Assembly (NCBI GenBank): GCA_043228905.1
Contig: JBHGNT010000009.1
Coordinates: forward strand, 11,470,001-11,534,000
Origin: Azolla caroliniana
Taxonomy: Eukaryota > Plantae > Polypodiophyta
Length of the DNA: 64,000 nucleotides
Direction: 5' to 3'
Part shown: positions 34,993 through 48,304 of the stretch, one piece after another
Position numbering within the stretch: position 1 is the stretch's first letter
Layout: each line of letters opens with the position of its first letter
Notes under the pieces: model-generated
The model's database searches: none
What the model was told of the DNA's origin: nothing
What the model saw: only the letters and a program-made list of their open reading frames with translations
Position numbers and translations under genes: made by a program

Positions 34993-37900
34993 TGTTGTCC
35001 GCCGGAATAGTAATCGACGGACAAGAGCGTAGGAATAAGAAATAATATAAGCTCATAACGCATGTAACGGTTCACGTAGGAAGCGTGAACGGCTAGATAG
35101 ACACTGCGTATATGAAGGGCAAAAAACCTCTGATAGAGGGGGCATGTAATTTTGGGAATGTAAAGAAACATCTCATAATAGAATTCTATCTTCTTTGATT
35201 TTCTGTGTATAGCTACGGCTAATCCACTGTGTGTGTAAGAATGTAAGTGTAACCCTTGCTAAGGATTCGGTTGTAGCCATCTCCCTTATACGCTGATAGG
35301 TTACAGGGAACATTTCCCTACGCATTACTCTTAGACGCCTATTCGTTGTTCCACACCGACTTGGAGGTCTAGGCCGAAGGACTGACCGCGGACCGTGTTC
35401 CTAATTGGCAACACTTTTGGCACGCTTGGTGATCTGTGTCTTCTCACAGACGAGCAACAACGAATGGATGTTTAGCCGCAGACGCCCCAAAGAACCGACA
35501 TGACAAGACTGGCCAATAACAAGGTCCGTCACACGCTAGGCAGAAGAACGCGCACGGCAAAAGCCTCGCCTCAGCAACCTCAGTACTACCTGCTGTGAGT
35601 ATAAAGGTGATTCTTCGCTCTCCAAATAACTCGACGAGACGCGGGAGTACGCTCACCACAGCCACCCTGTGGTCTTTCCCGACCCATCGTAGCTCCCACC
35701 ATGGCCTTTAACGGTGAAACCGACACCGCAACTCATATTCGCATGTTCCTGAATGTCTGGAATGCGAACCACATGGCGCAGAGCCTTTCGGAGGGAGTAG
35801 CACACCAGTCGAAAATGACGCAGTTCAGGTTAACATTTGATGGGCGAGCGGCGTTTTGGCATTCACAGATGGATTTACCAGCAATAACAACCTTCGATCA
35901 GCTGCAGTCCGCTTTCTTGCAGTTCTTCCATCGGAGGGTTCCGCAACACAAAATCCTCCGACAATTCTATACGATTAAGCAACTGCCGACCGAAACGATA
36001 ACAGACTTCAGCTTACGTTTCCAAAATTCACGGCGGAAACTAGAATGGAGCCCCGTGGAGGACGAGGCTCGAGAAACATTTCTAGCAGCATTACGCCGAC
36101 CCATCCGGGCAACACTCAACAACAATACCGTGAAAGAGGAAACGGCGGATATGGTCATTGAACGAGCGTTACAGCTCGAGTTGGACGATGAGGAGGAAAG
36201 GTTTTCTATGTCCTCCTTACGACAAGCGTTACCCCAGGACGAGGAACGCCAGTTTCATCAAGCAATCCAGTGCACGATTTGCTTGAACTCGGGGCATTCC
36301 GCAGTGGAGTGCAATATGCGAATGCACTGTCCAATCTGCCACTCGAAGGCTCACACAGTTGACCAATGCGAATACAATATGTTGAACAGAGCCACTCCAG
36401 CAGTCTGTAACATGGACACCCAGCGTCCACCACACCGGACTGAACAAAGGAGGCAAGAAGACCGACCACGGTATAGGGATCGCAACCCACGGGATGACCG
36501 ACACCACCAGAATCGCCGAAATCACAACGATTCCGAGGAAGAACCAGAGGACGAGGATTATTGTGGACATCCGAGTTATGCTAAAGGGGGTTGGCGCTAC
36601 GAGAATCACCGGCCGACAAACAAACGGAGCGGCTTCAATGGTTATCGTGGTAAGCCACGATAATATCGAGATCACCGGCGTTACGACGAAAGCTCGGGAA
36701 ATGAGTGACACCAGGAACAACGACGGGACCAACAGCAACCACCGCATACGTTCCGACAAACGAAGCCGAACCGCGAGGAGCAAGTAGCACCAGGGGAGTG
36801 GCACACACCACCAGGAGCCGAGAAGGGTGAATCCAGCATCCATTGCTTTATTTGTCAGCAACCTGGACATTATGCCACGCAATGCCCAACACGCAAGGGA
36901 AAGGGGCCCGCTGTCAATACAATTACAACGGAAGTGCAGCAAGTCACGACACGCCAGCAAACAAAAACGGTTGATTGGGCTGCGCAAGACGAGATATGCC
37001 GACGAGCCCAAGCGTGGGTGGAAAAAGCAAACGCGACAAATACGGAACGCATGCGGAAGGAGTCCGCGAACACAATGGAGCGAGCAGAGGACGAAAGAAC
37101 GGTCCCAGACCCCATTTGGCAGGCGTTAGCGGGCTGTGAGATAATGTTACCCATGGAGAAATTGCTGCAGCTAGTTCCACGCTTCCACCAGACCATGGAA
37201 AAACGGGTGACAGGCATACCCGGGGTGAGTATCGCTACGAACCTTACAGACGTTAGCGATGGACCTCCGGTAGCGGATAAAGCACAACCCGGCTATTACA
37301 TTAATATTACACGGACAGGAAATTCCTGGATGCGTAATTGACGGCGGCTCAGGCATCAATGTAATTAGCGCCAAAACTTGCGAGCAGTTAGGCATTTCAG
37401 AATGGGAGGCTTGCCCATTCTGGCTCCGAATGGCAGATACCCGCTCAGTACGACCATTGGGGTTAATTCGCAAAATAGGCATTATCGTGGGTGGACACCG
37501 CTTCGACATCTCGGTGGTCTTCCTCGCTTTGGACGCCCCAGGGGCGTACCTAGTGCTTCTGGGCAGACCATGGCTTCGGGCAGCAAATATCAAACAAAGC
37601 TGGCAACACAAGTGTATCAGTTTTCGACACGGACACACCAAGGTTCGCGTACCTACGGAAGGAAGCACACCCCAACCCAAGGGTATAACACCATTATACA
37701 TAGAAGATATAAATATGCTGGCTTGGGTGGAGGATGCAGAACTAGAGGCCTACCTAGATGAGCACCCATAGATCATTCTGCTGTTCGAAATCGACGTCAT
37801 CGCAACCGCAGCTGGATATGCCACGGCCACTGTGCTCCACGACGAGGCTTACGAACCAAACCCAAAATCCATATTGGAACTCAGCCAAGCATGGGTGGCA

Positions 37901-38627
37901 TTCGAAAGAGAAATGGAGATTTCACGACGAGTCACCGCTTCCGCCCTGGAAAAAGTAAATGTGGGTACAGAATCAGAGCCCCTTTTCCTCTCCATCGCAA
38001 AGGAATTAAGGCCGGACGAGCGAAACACGATGATCACACTACTCACGGAATATAAGGATGTGTTCGCTTGGGCTCACGATGACATGAAGGGGTTAGATCC
38101 CAAGTTCTATCAGCATAAGATCGATTTAGCAACCGACGTGAAACCCGTCCAGTAGCGCCGCTACCGCATGAACCTGAACTACGCGACCCGCGTGAAAGAA
38201 GAAATTGACAAGCTCCTGAAGGCGGGGTTCATACGACCAGTTAAACAAGCGACATGGTTAAGCCCGATAGTGGTCGTCCCAAAGAAAAACGGAAAAATAC
38301 GGGTATGCGTAGATTACCGAAAATTAAACGTTGTAACCATTACAGACGCATTTCCCTTACCCTTCACTGATAGCGTACTGGACGACGTCGTAGGTCATGA
38401 GATGTACAGTTTTTTAGATGGCTTCGGTGGCTATAACCAGGTACGCATGCATCCCGAGGACCAAGAAAAGACATCATTTGTCACGGACTGGGGAGTATAT
38501 GTGGCAGTCGTCATGATATTCAGGCTAAAGACGGCGCCAACGACATTTCAACAGACAATTACGGAGATCTTTGGGGAATACATTCCGGCGTTCATGCAAG
38601 TTTTTTTAGACGACTTTGCGGTATATG
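34993..38627 (+). mobile_element. Gypsy element G (F family), 3'-truncated in RT
   Basis: LTR 34993-35413 homologous to the F LTR. PBS TGGCACGCTTGGTG at 35418. Gag 35701-36663 with two CCHC knuckles, protease IDGGSG, RT up to FLDDFAVY. Confidence 0.9.
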
Positions 38628-38804
38628 TTTGTCTTCTCTTGGCATCCTCTCTCCTTCTATCCGGTGGCCATCTCCACCCGCCAACTCTGTCCGCCGACTA
38701 TCGCGGTCCAGAGGTTGTCTTTGTCTGTCGGTCGCGTCTGTCCGATGGCAACCGAACCGTGGCTTGGTCGTTTCTGGACTATCTCGTCGCAATCATTCAG
38801 ATGC

Positions 38805-39050
38805 GTCTCGGCCATGTCTTGGTCGTGCGCCTCGGCAACACGTCTTAGCCATACTCTCGGCCAAGCATCTGGGTTGCACGTCTTGGCCGTATTCTTGGCC
38901 GCGCATCTTAGCCGTATTCTAGGCCGCGCATCTCGACCACGTGTCTCGGCCGTATTCTGGGCCAGGCATCTTGGTTGTGCTATCGGTCACACGTCTTGGC
39001 CGTAGTCTTGGCCATATTCTTTGCCTCACGTCTCGACTATGCTTTTCGCC
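38805..39050. repeat. Degenerate ~12-bp tandem repeats (TCTYGGCC core) in E, continuing at 45895-46020
   Basis: Repeated TCTCGGCC/TCTTGGCC units on both sides of element I. Confidence 0.75.
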
Positions 39051-39052
39051 GT

Positions 39053-42000
39053 TGTTGTGGAGAAAACCGTCCCTAGGCGGAAACTGGGTATAACGTGCGT
39101 AAACCGGCCCTTACACGTGGGCACAAGTTTTGTTGAATAGTACGTAGATAGGTACAAGTCGGCTGAAGGGAAATCCTAGGTAGCACACATTCATTAGGAA
39201 GAAAATCGAGGCGTATTGCTATGTGAAAGGACAAGGAATAAACATGATGTAACGGGTGGTAACGACCTCCCTCCTTGGGCTATAAAAGAGAGGGATAGGT
39301 TTTGTAAAGAGATCGCGTTTTGTGGAGGACGAAGTGCAGCCAGACTGGAACCAAGCTCTTCTCCTCTGTCGTCTCCATAGTCAGGTTTTCGGGAGGCTGA
39401 CTCTACTCCGCGGAACGCCCAAGTGCTTCTGGCAGAGTCTCCATCTCGTGTGTGTATGTGCAAGCTTCGGGGCCTATCACTCGTCGGCTTGCTGATTGTA
39501 ACTCCTTGATTTATATATACATATACATTGGTTATGTCTCCATTGTTTAGAGTTAGTTGCAACTCCTATGAATCTGTGTGTCTGTGCGCGTGTGAAGTAC
39601 ATTGGTAGTTTCCTTCCCCTCTTCTCATTCGGTTATTTCTCGGCCCAAGGCCCCTGGGTCCCGCCTCGTTCTCCATGCACACGCGTAACAACACGACATA
39701 TTTGGTGAACCTGACGTGAACATGCGGCAGAGGAATAGAGAGATGAGAGGGGCGGATCTTGCGGAAGCCATGGCTTCGGATGTCGATCGGATAGTGAATG
39801 TGTGCGAAGGCACATGCATCCTTGATAGGGCTATTGAAGCATTCGTCGACACGATAGGCCGGTTCGGTGGGAAGGACACCACGAGCTATTTGGAGGCCTA
39901 CCCAACCGAAATGGTGATGAGGGACATCCCGGAGGATAGGCGACTCGCCGGATTCCCTCGGGTGGCGATGTTGGGCATCCACGTGGAGGTGCTTGAGGTA
40001 CGGGCTGAGAGTCGGACCTGGGAAGAGTTTGAAGGTCGGCTCCTTGAAAAATACGGGCTTGAGGACGCGCTTCGGCTATCGAAGCGGGACTTCATGGAAT
40101 GGGTGGAGACCCCCGAAAGGGGAGAAATGTGTCGGTGCTCCTTCGGGAGTTTGAAGAACACTTCACACTTCTTTCGGCACTGGACCGGACTGTACAGGAC
40201 ACAAGTCGTGTCCTGTTGTTCGTTAAACCGGTGGACGTAAGGGACTGGGAGCAAGTGGGCTTCCTTCTGGAGACCAATGATGGCCTAACAACCGACTGGG
40301 TTGTGGTAAAGAGAGTCAGCGGCCGTTTTGACAAACGGCATGAGTGGGCCGATAAAGGCTTAACGGGGGCGGGTTCTGTTGCGACAAGGAAGGTCAAGGG
40401 AAGAGACCCGAGACTGGCTCGAGATTGGCTCGACTTCGACCAGCATGCTCAAAGGCTCGTCCAGAGGAGCGGCTCTGGAGGAGCTGACTCAGATGGTGAG
40501 GGACCTCCAGATTGCACAAGCAAGGAGGGACGACGGCGAACAAGTTCGTGACCGAAGGCCTCCGGCTGGGAACCGGTGCTTGTGGTGTGACGTGGTCGGC
40601 CACGCCCGAAAGGACTGCGGGGACTTCGCCGAAGCGATAAGAGCTAACGTGGTGTACCTATGGAACGGTCGGGTGCACGCTAGCGAGACCTGAAGGGCCC
40701 TGGATCTGAATGTCGGACGAGGGGGTATGAAACGACTGATGGAAGAAGCGGCGGCTCGCCACGCGGAGACTGTCCACTACTCGGCATCGGCTAGAATCCG
40801 AGTCGGAAGTGATGAAGTTCGGAAGACGAAGGAAGCCGGATTCTGGCCGTTGATGCTGGAAGGCATAGCCGGCGTACGGCTAAGGAAAGAGGAAGCGGAC
40901 CACGCGGAAAGACGGGTCCAAGAGGTAACTGGGTGGAGTGACCCAGTCGAAGGGAAGACGGGCTTCGTGGAAGCTACATGCCAGAACTACGAGGTTCTAG
41001 TGGAAGACAAGCGTGTGGGAAAGACCGGGGGGGGCGGACCCTCACAACGGTATGAGACCCGGTTCGGGCCGAAGCAGAATGATGTCGGTGCATCCGGCGC
41101 ACCGGACAAGGCCAAGAAGGCCGGTTACCAATTGCACACGGAGATCGAGAGGACCATGGATCTACGAAAGGTCCTCGAGGAACATATCCTCGACAGCAAA
41201 GTGGAGTTGTCACTGAGGGAAGTGCTCAGAATCGCCAAGAAGGAGTTCCACGACTCCATCGTGGACTTGGTGAAGCGGAAAAGGCTTTCGATAGAGCCGG
41301 AGCCGGAGAAGCTGGTGTAGGTGCGAACGACACACCTAGAAGACATGGCTCTAGAAGACGAGTTGGCGGAGCGCCACTATTCAAGGCCACATTGGGCCAG
41401 AGCAACCACGGAGACCCCCGTTAAGATCGGAGATGTTCAGGAGCTGGTGGTGGTGTTAGTGGACCACGGTTCAGAAATCAAATTAATGTCCACGAACTTC
41501 TACAAGAAGGGGAAGTGGCCGATAAACACCAAGCACGGGTGGAAAATACGGGCAGCAACGCGCGCCATGTAAGAGCTGCATGGAGCCTGCCTGAATGTAC
41601 AAGTGAAAATCGGCGATGTCGAGATCGATCAACACTTCTTCGTGTAGGAGACGTCCTCGCATACGGTTATACTCGGGGAACCGTACTTCACGGCGGCATG
41701 GATGGAGACAAAGGTGTTGGACAACGGTCAAGAGTCAGGATGGGCGTCACTCGGTCCAATTCCTGACGGTGCGACCGAACCATGAGCGTAATCGCGAGAC
41801 CTTCGGTGGTGAAAACCGAGGGGATTTTTAGCGAGGGCTATCAAGGCGTAGGGCCGCGATAGTCCGGACACCCCGGAAAAAACCCACAGATGTACTATAG
41901 GCAAAAAGACATGTACCATAGGTAGGAAATTTTGGTTCTCCGATAGCGGAGGTTGTACGATAGCCGACGTAGTTGGTCGGGAGAAGAAGTGGGCGGAGGA

Positions 42001-45000
42001 GCGACTTCGGGCATGCGGAGTCCTCAGCCCTGAAGAGGAAATCAACAGAGCCATGGAAGCGGTCTCTTTCGACGACACGTTGGGGAAGTTACGGGAAGTG
42101 TTCGGAGAAGGCCTTAATGAGGACCAGACAATTTCGGTATGTTCGGAAAGGATGTACGAAGTCATCGCCGACTTCAATAATGGACTCGAGTCGGATCGGA
42201 TGGCCCGAGTGAATACGAAGTACAAGACTGTGGACCGGAAGGTGAGGCCAGTCGCGGTGCTCTTGCCGGAGGGCAGCGAGTTACGGATAAAGGGGGTCGC
42301 GTCAGACCCAAGTTTACGAGATCTGGCCAGCATAGGTAGGACACACGTTCACCGACATAACGCTACGGGAGCTCAAGATCGGTGGGGGTGGCTTTCTACT
42401 GCCGACGGAAGAGGACCGGTCTCGGAGAATGCTTGGGAGGCACGGGAAGGCTTTCGCTTCTCACCGAACGAGATTGGGTGCGTAGACCCAACAGTTGTGG
42501 AACCAATGGTGATCTTCACGGTACCGCATGTGCCGTGGAATCTCAAACTGATTCCGGTACCCAGAGCTCACATCCTAAAGCTAATGGAGCTGCTGAAACA
42601 GAAGGTGGAGATGGGCATCCTCGAACCGTCGAGTGCCCCATACTCGAATCGGTGGTTTACTGTGCCAAAGAAGAACGACATGTTGCGCTTTATTCAAGAT
42701 CTGTAGCTGATCAACAAGGTGACCATTCGGAACGCAGGAATCGGACCGACCATAGACGAGTTCGCGGAGGCCTTTGCTGGAAGGTTGATTTACTCAGTCG
42801 GTGATCTGTACTCGGGGTACAATCAGTTCCAACTAGCCATGGAGAGCAAGGACATTACGACGATGCAGACTCCTCTCGGCCTAGTGCAGATGTGTACCCT
42901 CCCGCAAGGAGGGACGAACTCGGTAGCCCACATGGTGAACGCAATGAACAAAGTGCTGAGAGATTGTATCCTGGGCATCACCATGCCATTCTTACACGAC
43001 ATCCCGATCAAAGGATGCCCGGTGGAGGAAAAGGACGAGACAATCGGACCGGATGGCTCAAGTCGGTGACTGCGAGAAGGTACTGCAAAGACTAGAAGGC
43101 GCGAGGCTCACCTTCTCAGGGTAAAAATCGGCCTTCGGGCAATCGGAGATCATGGTCGTTGGACACCTATGTGGGCCATACGGTCGAAAACCGTCTCCGG
43201 CCAAGGTGGAGGCCATCTCCGTGATGAAGCAAGACTGCAATTCGGTTACAGAGGTTCGGAGATTCGTGGGAGTATGTGCGTTTACCATATTTGGATCCCG
43301 CATTACGCCCACGTACGTCGCAGAGCCGCTCCATGGGTTGCTGAAGAAAGGGCATAAATTCGAGTGGAGAGACGAGCATACGGAGTTGGTCCGGAAGATG
43401 AAAGAAGCATTGTCGCGGCATTGGCAATCTGAAAGGCTGTCTACGGCAAACACACTCCGATTTATGTGACCGTAGACACGAGTCCGACCGGGATTGGATG
43501 GGTGATCAACCAAGAGGATGACGATGGCGCGAGGTTCCCCATCTGGTTTGGCGCGAAAGTCCTCAGTGAGCGACAACGAGGATACGCCTAGGTTAAACAC
43601 GAACTCTGCGGTATCGTTTCGGCGGTCAAGGCCAATAAAGACTACCTGATCGGGACAGAGGTGATAATCGAGACGGACTCCCTGCTAATTCTCGGCATGG
43701 TTTTCGGATGCGCGAGGCCAGACCTGGCAATGCTCCGGTGGATAGCGTACATCAAGTCCCTGAATCCGGAAATACGACACATTTCCAGAAAGGACAATGC
43801 CATGGCTGACATGCTTTCGAGAGCGAGGTTCGATGATGAGGACGGCATGGTTTTGGAGGACGAGGAAGTCGGCGTGGACTTCTTCGAGGCGGCTTACGTA
43901 ACAACAAGAAAGGGGAGCACTCCGGCGCTTAACGAATTCAACGAGAGCAAGCACAACGGGGAGTGGCTCCAGATCGGCGGGTTCCTAAAGACAATGACAC
44001 CGGACACGGCGTGGACGAAGGAAGAGACCAACCGGATTCGGAAGAAAGTATACCAATTCTTCCTACGGGACGGGAGCATATGGAAGCACCCGAAGAAGAG
44101 AAACGACATCCCGTCTGAAGTTGTGGAGAAAAAAGAGGAACATGAAGAATTGCTGACGGCATACAACGAGAGTCCTTGGGCCGGACACCGCGGGATGTGG
44201 GCCACATTCGAGAAGCTAAAGGGGAAGTACTGGTGGCCGGGACTATACTGGGACGTGCATCGGTTCGTGACGACTTGCGAAAGCTGTCAGGTGCACTCCA
44301 TAGTCCGACATCGGGACTAGCTTCACTCGACCTACCCTCCGACCGTCCACTTCAAGTGGATGGTGGATCTGGTAACGATGCCGATGGGGGTAGGCTAGAT
44401 GTGGTATCTGGTGCTGGCTTGGGAAGACTTGACGAACCAGGTGGAAGACCGAGCGTTGCAGAACAAAATGACTGCGGCAGTGTGCCGATTTCTGATCAAA
44501 GAAGTGGTATGCCGGTACGGGTGTGTAGGTAAGATCGTGGCCGACCACGGAGAATTGGACGCGCAAGAGGCGGAAGAGCTGTTTGACCGGCTAGGGATTA
44601 AACTCTCGCTCACCACAACGTACAATCTGGAGGCTAACGGGAAGGTGGAACGCAAGCGTTAGTACGGGTGTGTGGAGGCCAAGTCAGGAATTGGCCGTGG
44701 CTCTTACCCTATGCGTTGTGGGCGGACCGAACTACGCACAGTTCGGTAACCAGGTTCATGCCGGCAGAGCTAATGTACGGGCAGAAGCCGATCATGCCAA
44801 TGGAGTAGACAATCTCTTCATGGGCCACGGTGGACTGGAAAGATGAGATGAGCCGGGAGGAGCTGTTAGTAGCATGGATTCGGCAGCTGGAGCGAAGACC
44901 GGAGGACGTGGACCGAGCCGTGGAAAAGCTATGGGTGGCGAGGGTAAAGAACAAAGGGTGGTTCGACCGGACTCACCGAATGAGACCGAAGAAGATCGAG

Positions 45001-45892
45001 GAAGGCGACTAGGTTCTAGTGTATGACAGCAACCTCGACAACTAGCACAGGGCAATGCGGAAGTATGCAAGAAGGTGGTTCGGGCCTTATGTGGCGACAA
45101 GTGCCAATGACAATGGGACCTACCATCTCGCAGAGCTCGATAGGAGGAGGATGGCGGTATTGGTGGCGGTCTTCTCCAACAAGAGTCCAATTTTGGCACA
45201 TACCGGTGGATGTGCGGTTAGCTGGGGGCGGATGTCCTGGAGAAAACCATCCCTAGGCGGAAACCGGGTATAACATGCGTAAACCAGCCCTTACATGTGG
45301 GCACAAGTTTTGTTGAATAGTACGTAGATAGGTACAAGTCGGCTGAGGTGAAATCCTAGGTAGCACGCATTCATTAGGGAGAAAATCGAGGCGTATCCCT
45401 GTCCGAAAGGACATGGAATAAACATGATGTAACGGGTGGTAATGGCCTCCCTCCTTGGGCTATAAAAGAGCGGGAGAGGTATTGTAAAGGGATCGCATTT
45501 TGTGGAGGACGAAGTGCAGCCGGACTAGAACTGAGCTCTTCTCCTCTGTCATCTCCATAGTCATTCTGTGCAGGTTTTCGGGAGGCTGACTCTGCTCCGC
45601 GGAACGCCCGACTGCTTCCAACAGAGTCTCCATCTCGCGCATGCGTGTGTGTGCAGGCATCGGGGCCTATCACTCGCCGACTTGCCGGTTGTAACTCCTT
45701 GATTTATATATACATATACATTCATTCTGTCTCCATTGTTTAGAGTTAGTTGCAACTCCTGTGAATCTGTGTGTATGTGCGAATGTGAAGTACATCGGTA
45801 GTTTCCTTCCCCTCTTCTCATTCGGTTATTTCGCAGTCCAAGGCCCCCATGGTCTCGCCTCGTTCTCCACGCACGAGCGTAACAACGTGACA
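39053..45892 (+). mobile_element. Full-length Ty3/Gypsy element I (H family), degraded
   Basis: LTRs 39053-39698 and 45233-45892. Trp PBS at 39703. Gag-PR and RT-RH-IN colinear with H. 4-bp TSD CCGT/CCGC. Confidence 0.93.
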
Positions 45893-47605
45893 CCGCGCGT
45901 CTCGGTCATCGTTTTTCGGCCATCACTTGGCCGTACTCTCGTCTGCGCTTCTCGGTCGTGCTCTCGGCCGTATTCTCGGCCACGTGTCTCGGCCATACTC
46001 TCGACGGCATGTCTCGGCAGTCTTCTCTTTTCAGCCTCAACAACCAATTTTGCATCATCTATTCTTTTGGCCTCGGCTTCAGAGGCCATCTGTGTCTTTT
46101 TGGCTATTTGCCAAACTTCGGTCATCTCTCGACCAGCTTGGCAGCTGCGATTGGACGGCCAGCTCTGTTGGGGCTATCTTAGTTCCGCTACCAAAATGTT
46201 TGTTCGGCTTTGTCGCCATCAGTCATAGCCATCCTCTTCTACTGTCATTGCTTTTTGTTCCTCTTTAGACAACTATCTTCTTCTTCACTTTTGTAGACTT
46301 GCTCGATTCAATTGGCCGTCCTAATTATTTCCGATCGTCTTCTCTGGAGAAACCTAGGAAGATTTAGCAACGACTTTACTCTTGCCACACCTTCCAGAGC
46401 TAACCATTCCTCAGCGGTTGCTACATGCAGACACTCTGCTAGGCTTCTTCGCAACACAGATCTTGCCAAGAAAGGAGAAGCTTTTCCTGTGTCACCTGCC
46501 TCCTCCGTTATCACCATTATCTCTGATGGAGCACCGTCGAATTCAGGCATGAATCGACATCTGTTATAACTTTTGCCAGGGAAGTTGAGGTATCAGAAGC
46601 ATAGAAATTATTCTCATGCTGTTTGCTCTCAGGCAGATTTAATTCGTGATTGATAGTGATGTTCATCACTACAACTGTTGGCAACACAACTACGATTATA
46701 GGCAGATCGACTTGCAGATGATCAACATGAATGCCTACAATTTCTAACTCCGCCATAGGTGAGCTCACAGAAGAAGAAGTAGAAGGGACCATGGTAGATC
46801 TTGGTGATGTTGAATCATGTTGCTTGTTAAAGACATAACAGACAACTGCACAATCATCCACCTCTAGATAGTTGGTTGTAATGCCACTCTTGTTTTGTTC
46901 TCTGTATTTGATTTCGGTTGATCCGCAAATGTCTCATCCATGTCGTCAAAGCCATCATGGAAGACATCCTCCTCATCAAGAACCAGATCCCACTCGCTCT
47001 CATCTAGTTGGGATGAGGATCGATGCAGTCTGTGAGACTAAGGAGGAGGCACGGGAGTTGCTTGATCTCTACCCGGTGGCTCTCGCCTACTGGATGCTTC
47101 CCTTCTATAGGTCCAAGGTGCAGATGTTCGCCCTACAGTAGGGAGATCGACAAAGACAAGGCGGTGCATCAACTGGATGTGATGCACTCCTTGATGGTCA
47201 TGAGCAACAATGATGGAGAGCGGTCATACGTGCATCTTCTATCGCCATCGAATCGGGCCTCTACAACTGACGAGGCTCCTTGTGTAAATCTACATGCTCT
47301 ATTCTCCCTTCTTGAGGCCTTCTACTTGACCGAAAGAGGGATGACAGCACGGCACAGGTAACAAAGAGAGAAGAAGGCTGAAGATACACACACATGTAGA
47401 AGCAGACACATAGAAAGGGAGAGTGAGAGATAGACTTCCTCTGAAGGGAATATCGTGGAGATCTCCATCCCAAGTTGGCTCTCACACTCAAAGTCCATGC
47501 ACAAAGCACACTCTCTATCACAGAGACACAGGGACAAGTAGGGATAGAGGGAGACAGATTAATGATGGAGAGTGAGACTGAGAGAGACTTCTTCTCAAGG
47601 GGGTC

Positions 47606-47623
47606 GTCCCTTCGGGCGTGCCA
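47606..47623 (-). promoter_or_regulatory. Canonical-position PBS (tRNA-Arg type) of E
   Basis: TGGCACGCCCGAAGGGAC a few nt after the 5' LTR end. Confidence 0.8.
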
Positions 47624-48304
47624 AAACTATTGTTGGGGTGGGGGGTAAAGCCTAGAATGGCTTCACCCCCCTCCCAAGGGGGTTACGTTAGGGAGAGAGC
47701 AAGAGAGAAAGACAAATAAGAAATGATACCAAATGAGAGGGGAAAAAACTATCTCCATTACATGCCCCATAAGGGGTTTATATAATACATAATGTAATGG
47801 TAAATAATATGTCTTTTACAAAAAGAGACCGTTACATTCTTGTCACATGCACATAATTGTGCATGTGCTCACACATACTCATCTTCGCACTCATATACAT
47901 TACACATATCGAACAATCCCTTTAACATGTTTTACCCTTATACCGCCCCATACAACTCCTTCAAGTAACAACAAGCTAGAGTTAACTTATGTTAATCCTC
48001 TTCTCTCCTAAAATCATCTAAGCTATTCATGTTCCTGTATAAGCAATAATACTCTTCTATTATAATCTATTTGATGTATATGCTTGTTTAATTACATGAA
48101 TTTCTTCTTATGTCTCATGATATTTTAGTTTCCATCACTAATTAAACATATATTATGAATTACAAATGGCCTACTACTCTTCGAGTTATGTGAGAATAGT
48201 ATAAATTCTCACAAATTTGGTATCAGAGCCTTGTTAATCTATTTACAAGGGTCTTGTTAATCTAATCATTAACCATATTATTCACTCTCACGGTGTAGTG
48301 AGAT

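Larger units (their letters stand above)
14604..47970 (-). mobile_element. Non-autonomous LTR element E (related to F/G). Own sequence at 14604-15061, 34972-34992, 38628-39052 and 45893-47970
   Basis: Near-identical LTR copies 14604-14827 (partly deleted) and ~47628-47970. Partial TSD ACAA(G). PBS TGGCACGCCCGAAGGGAC on minus at 47606-47623. LTR shares GGGGCATGTAAT with the G LTR. No pol motifs seen. Confidence 0.8.

Noticed and set aside
47724-47731. TGGTATCA on minus strand as a Met PBS for E
   Set aside because: Only 8 nt and inside the LTR; a much longer Arg-type PBS lies at the LTR end (47606-47623)
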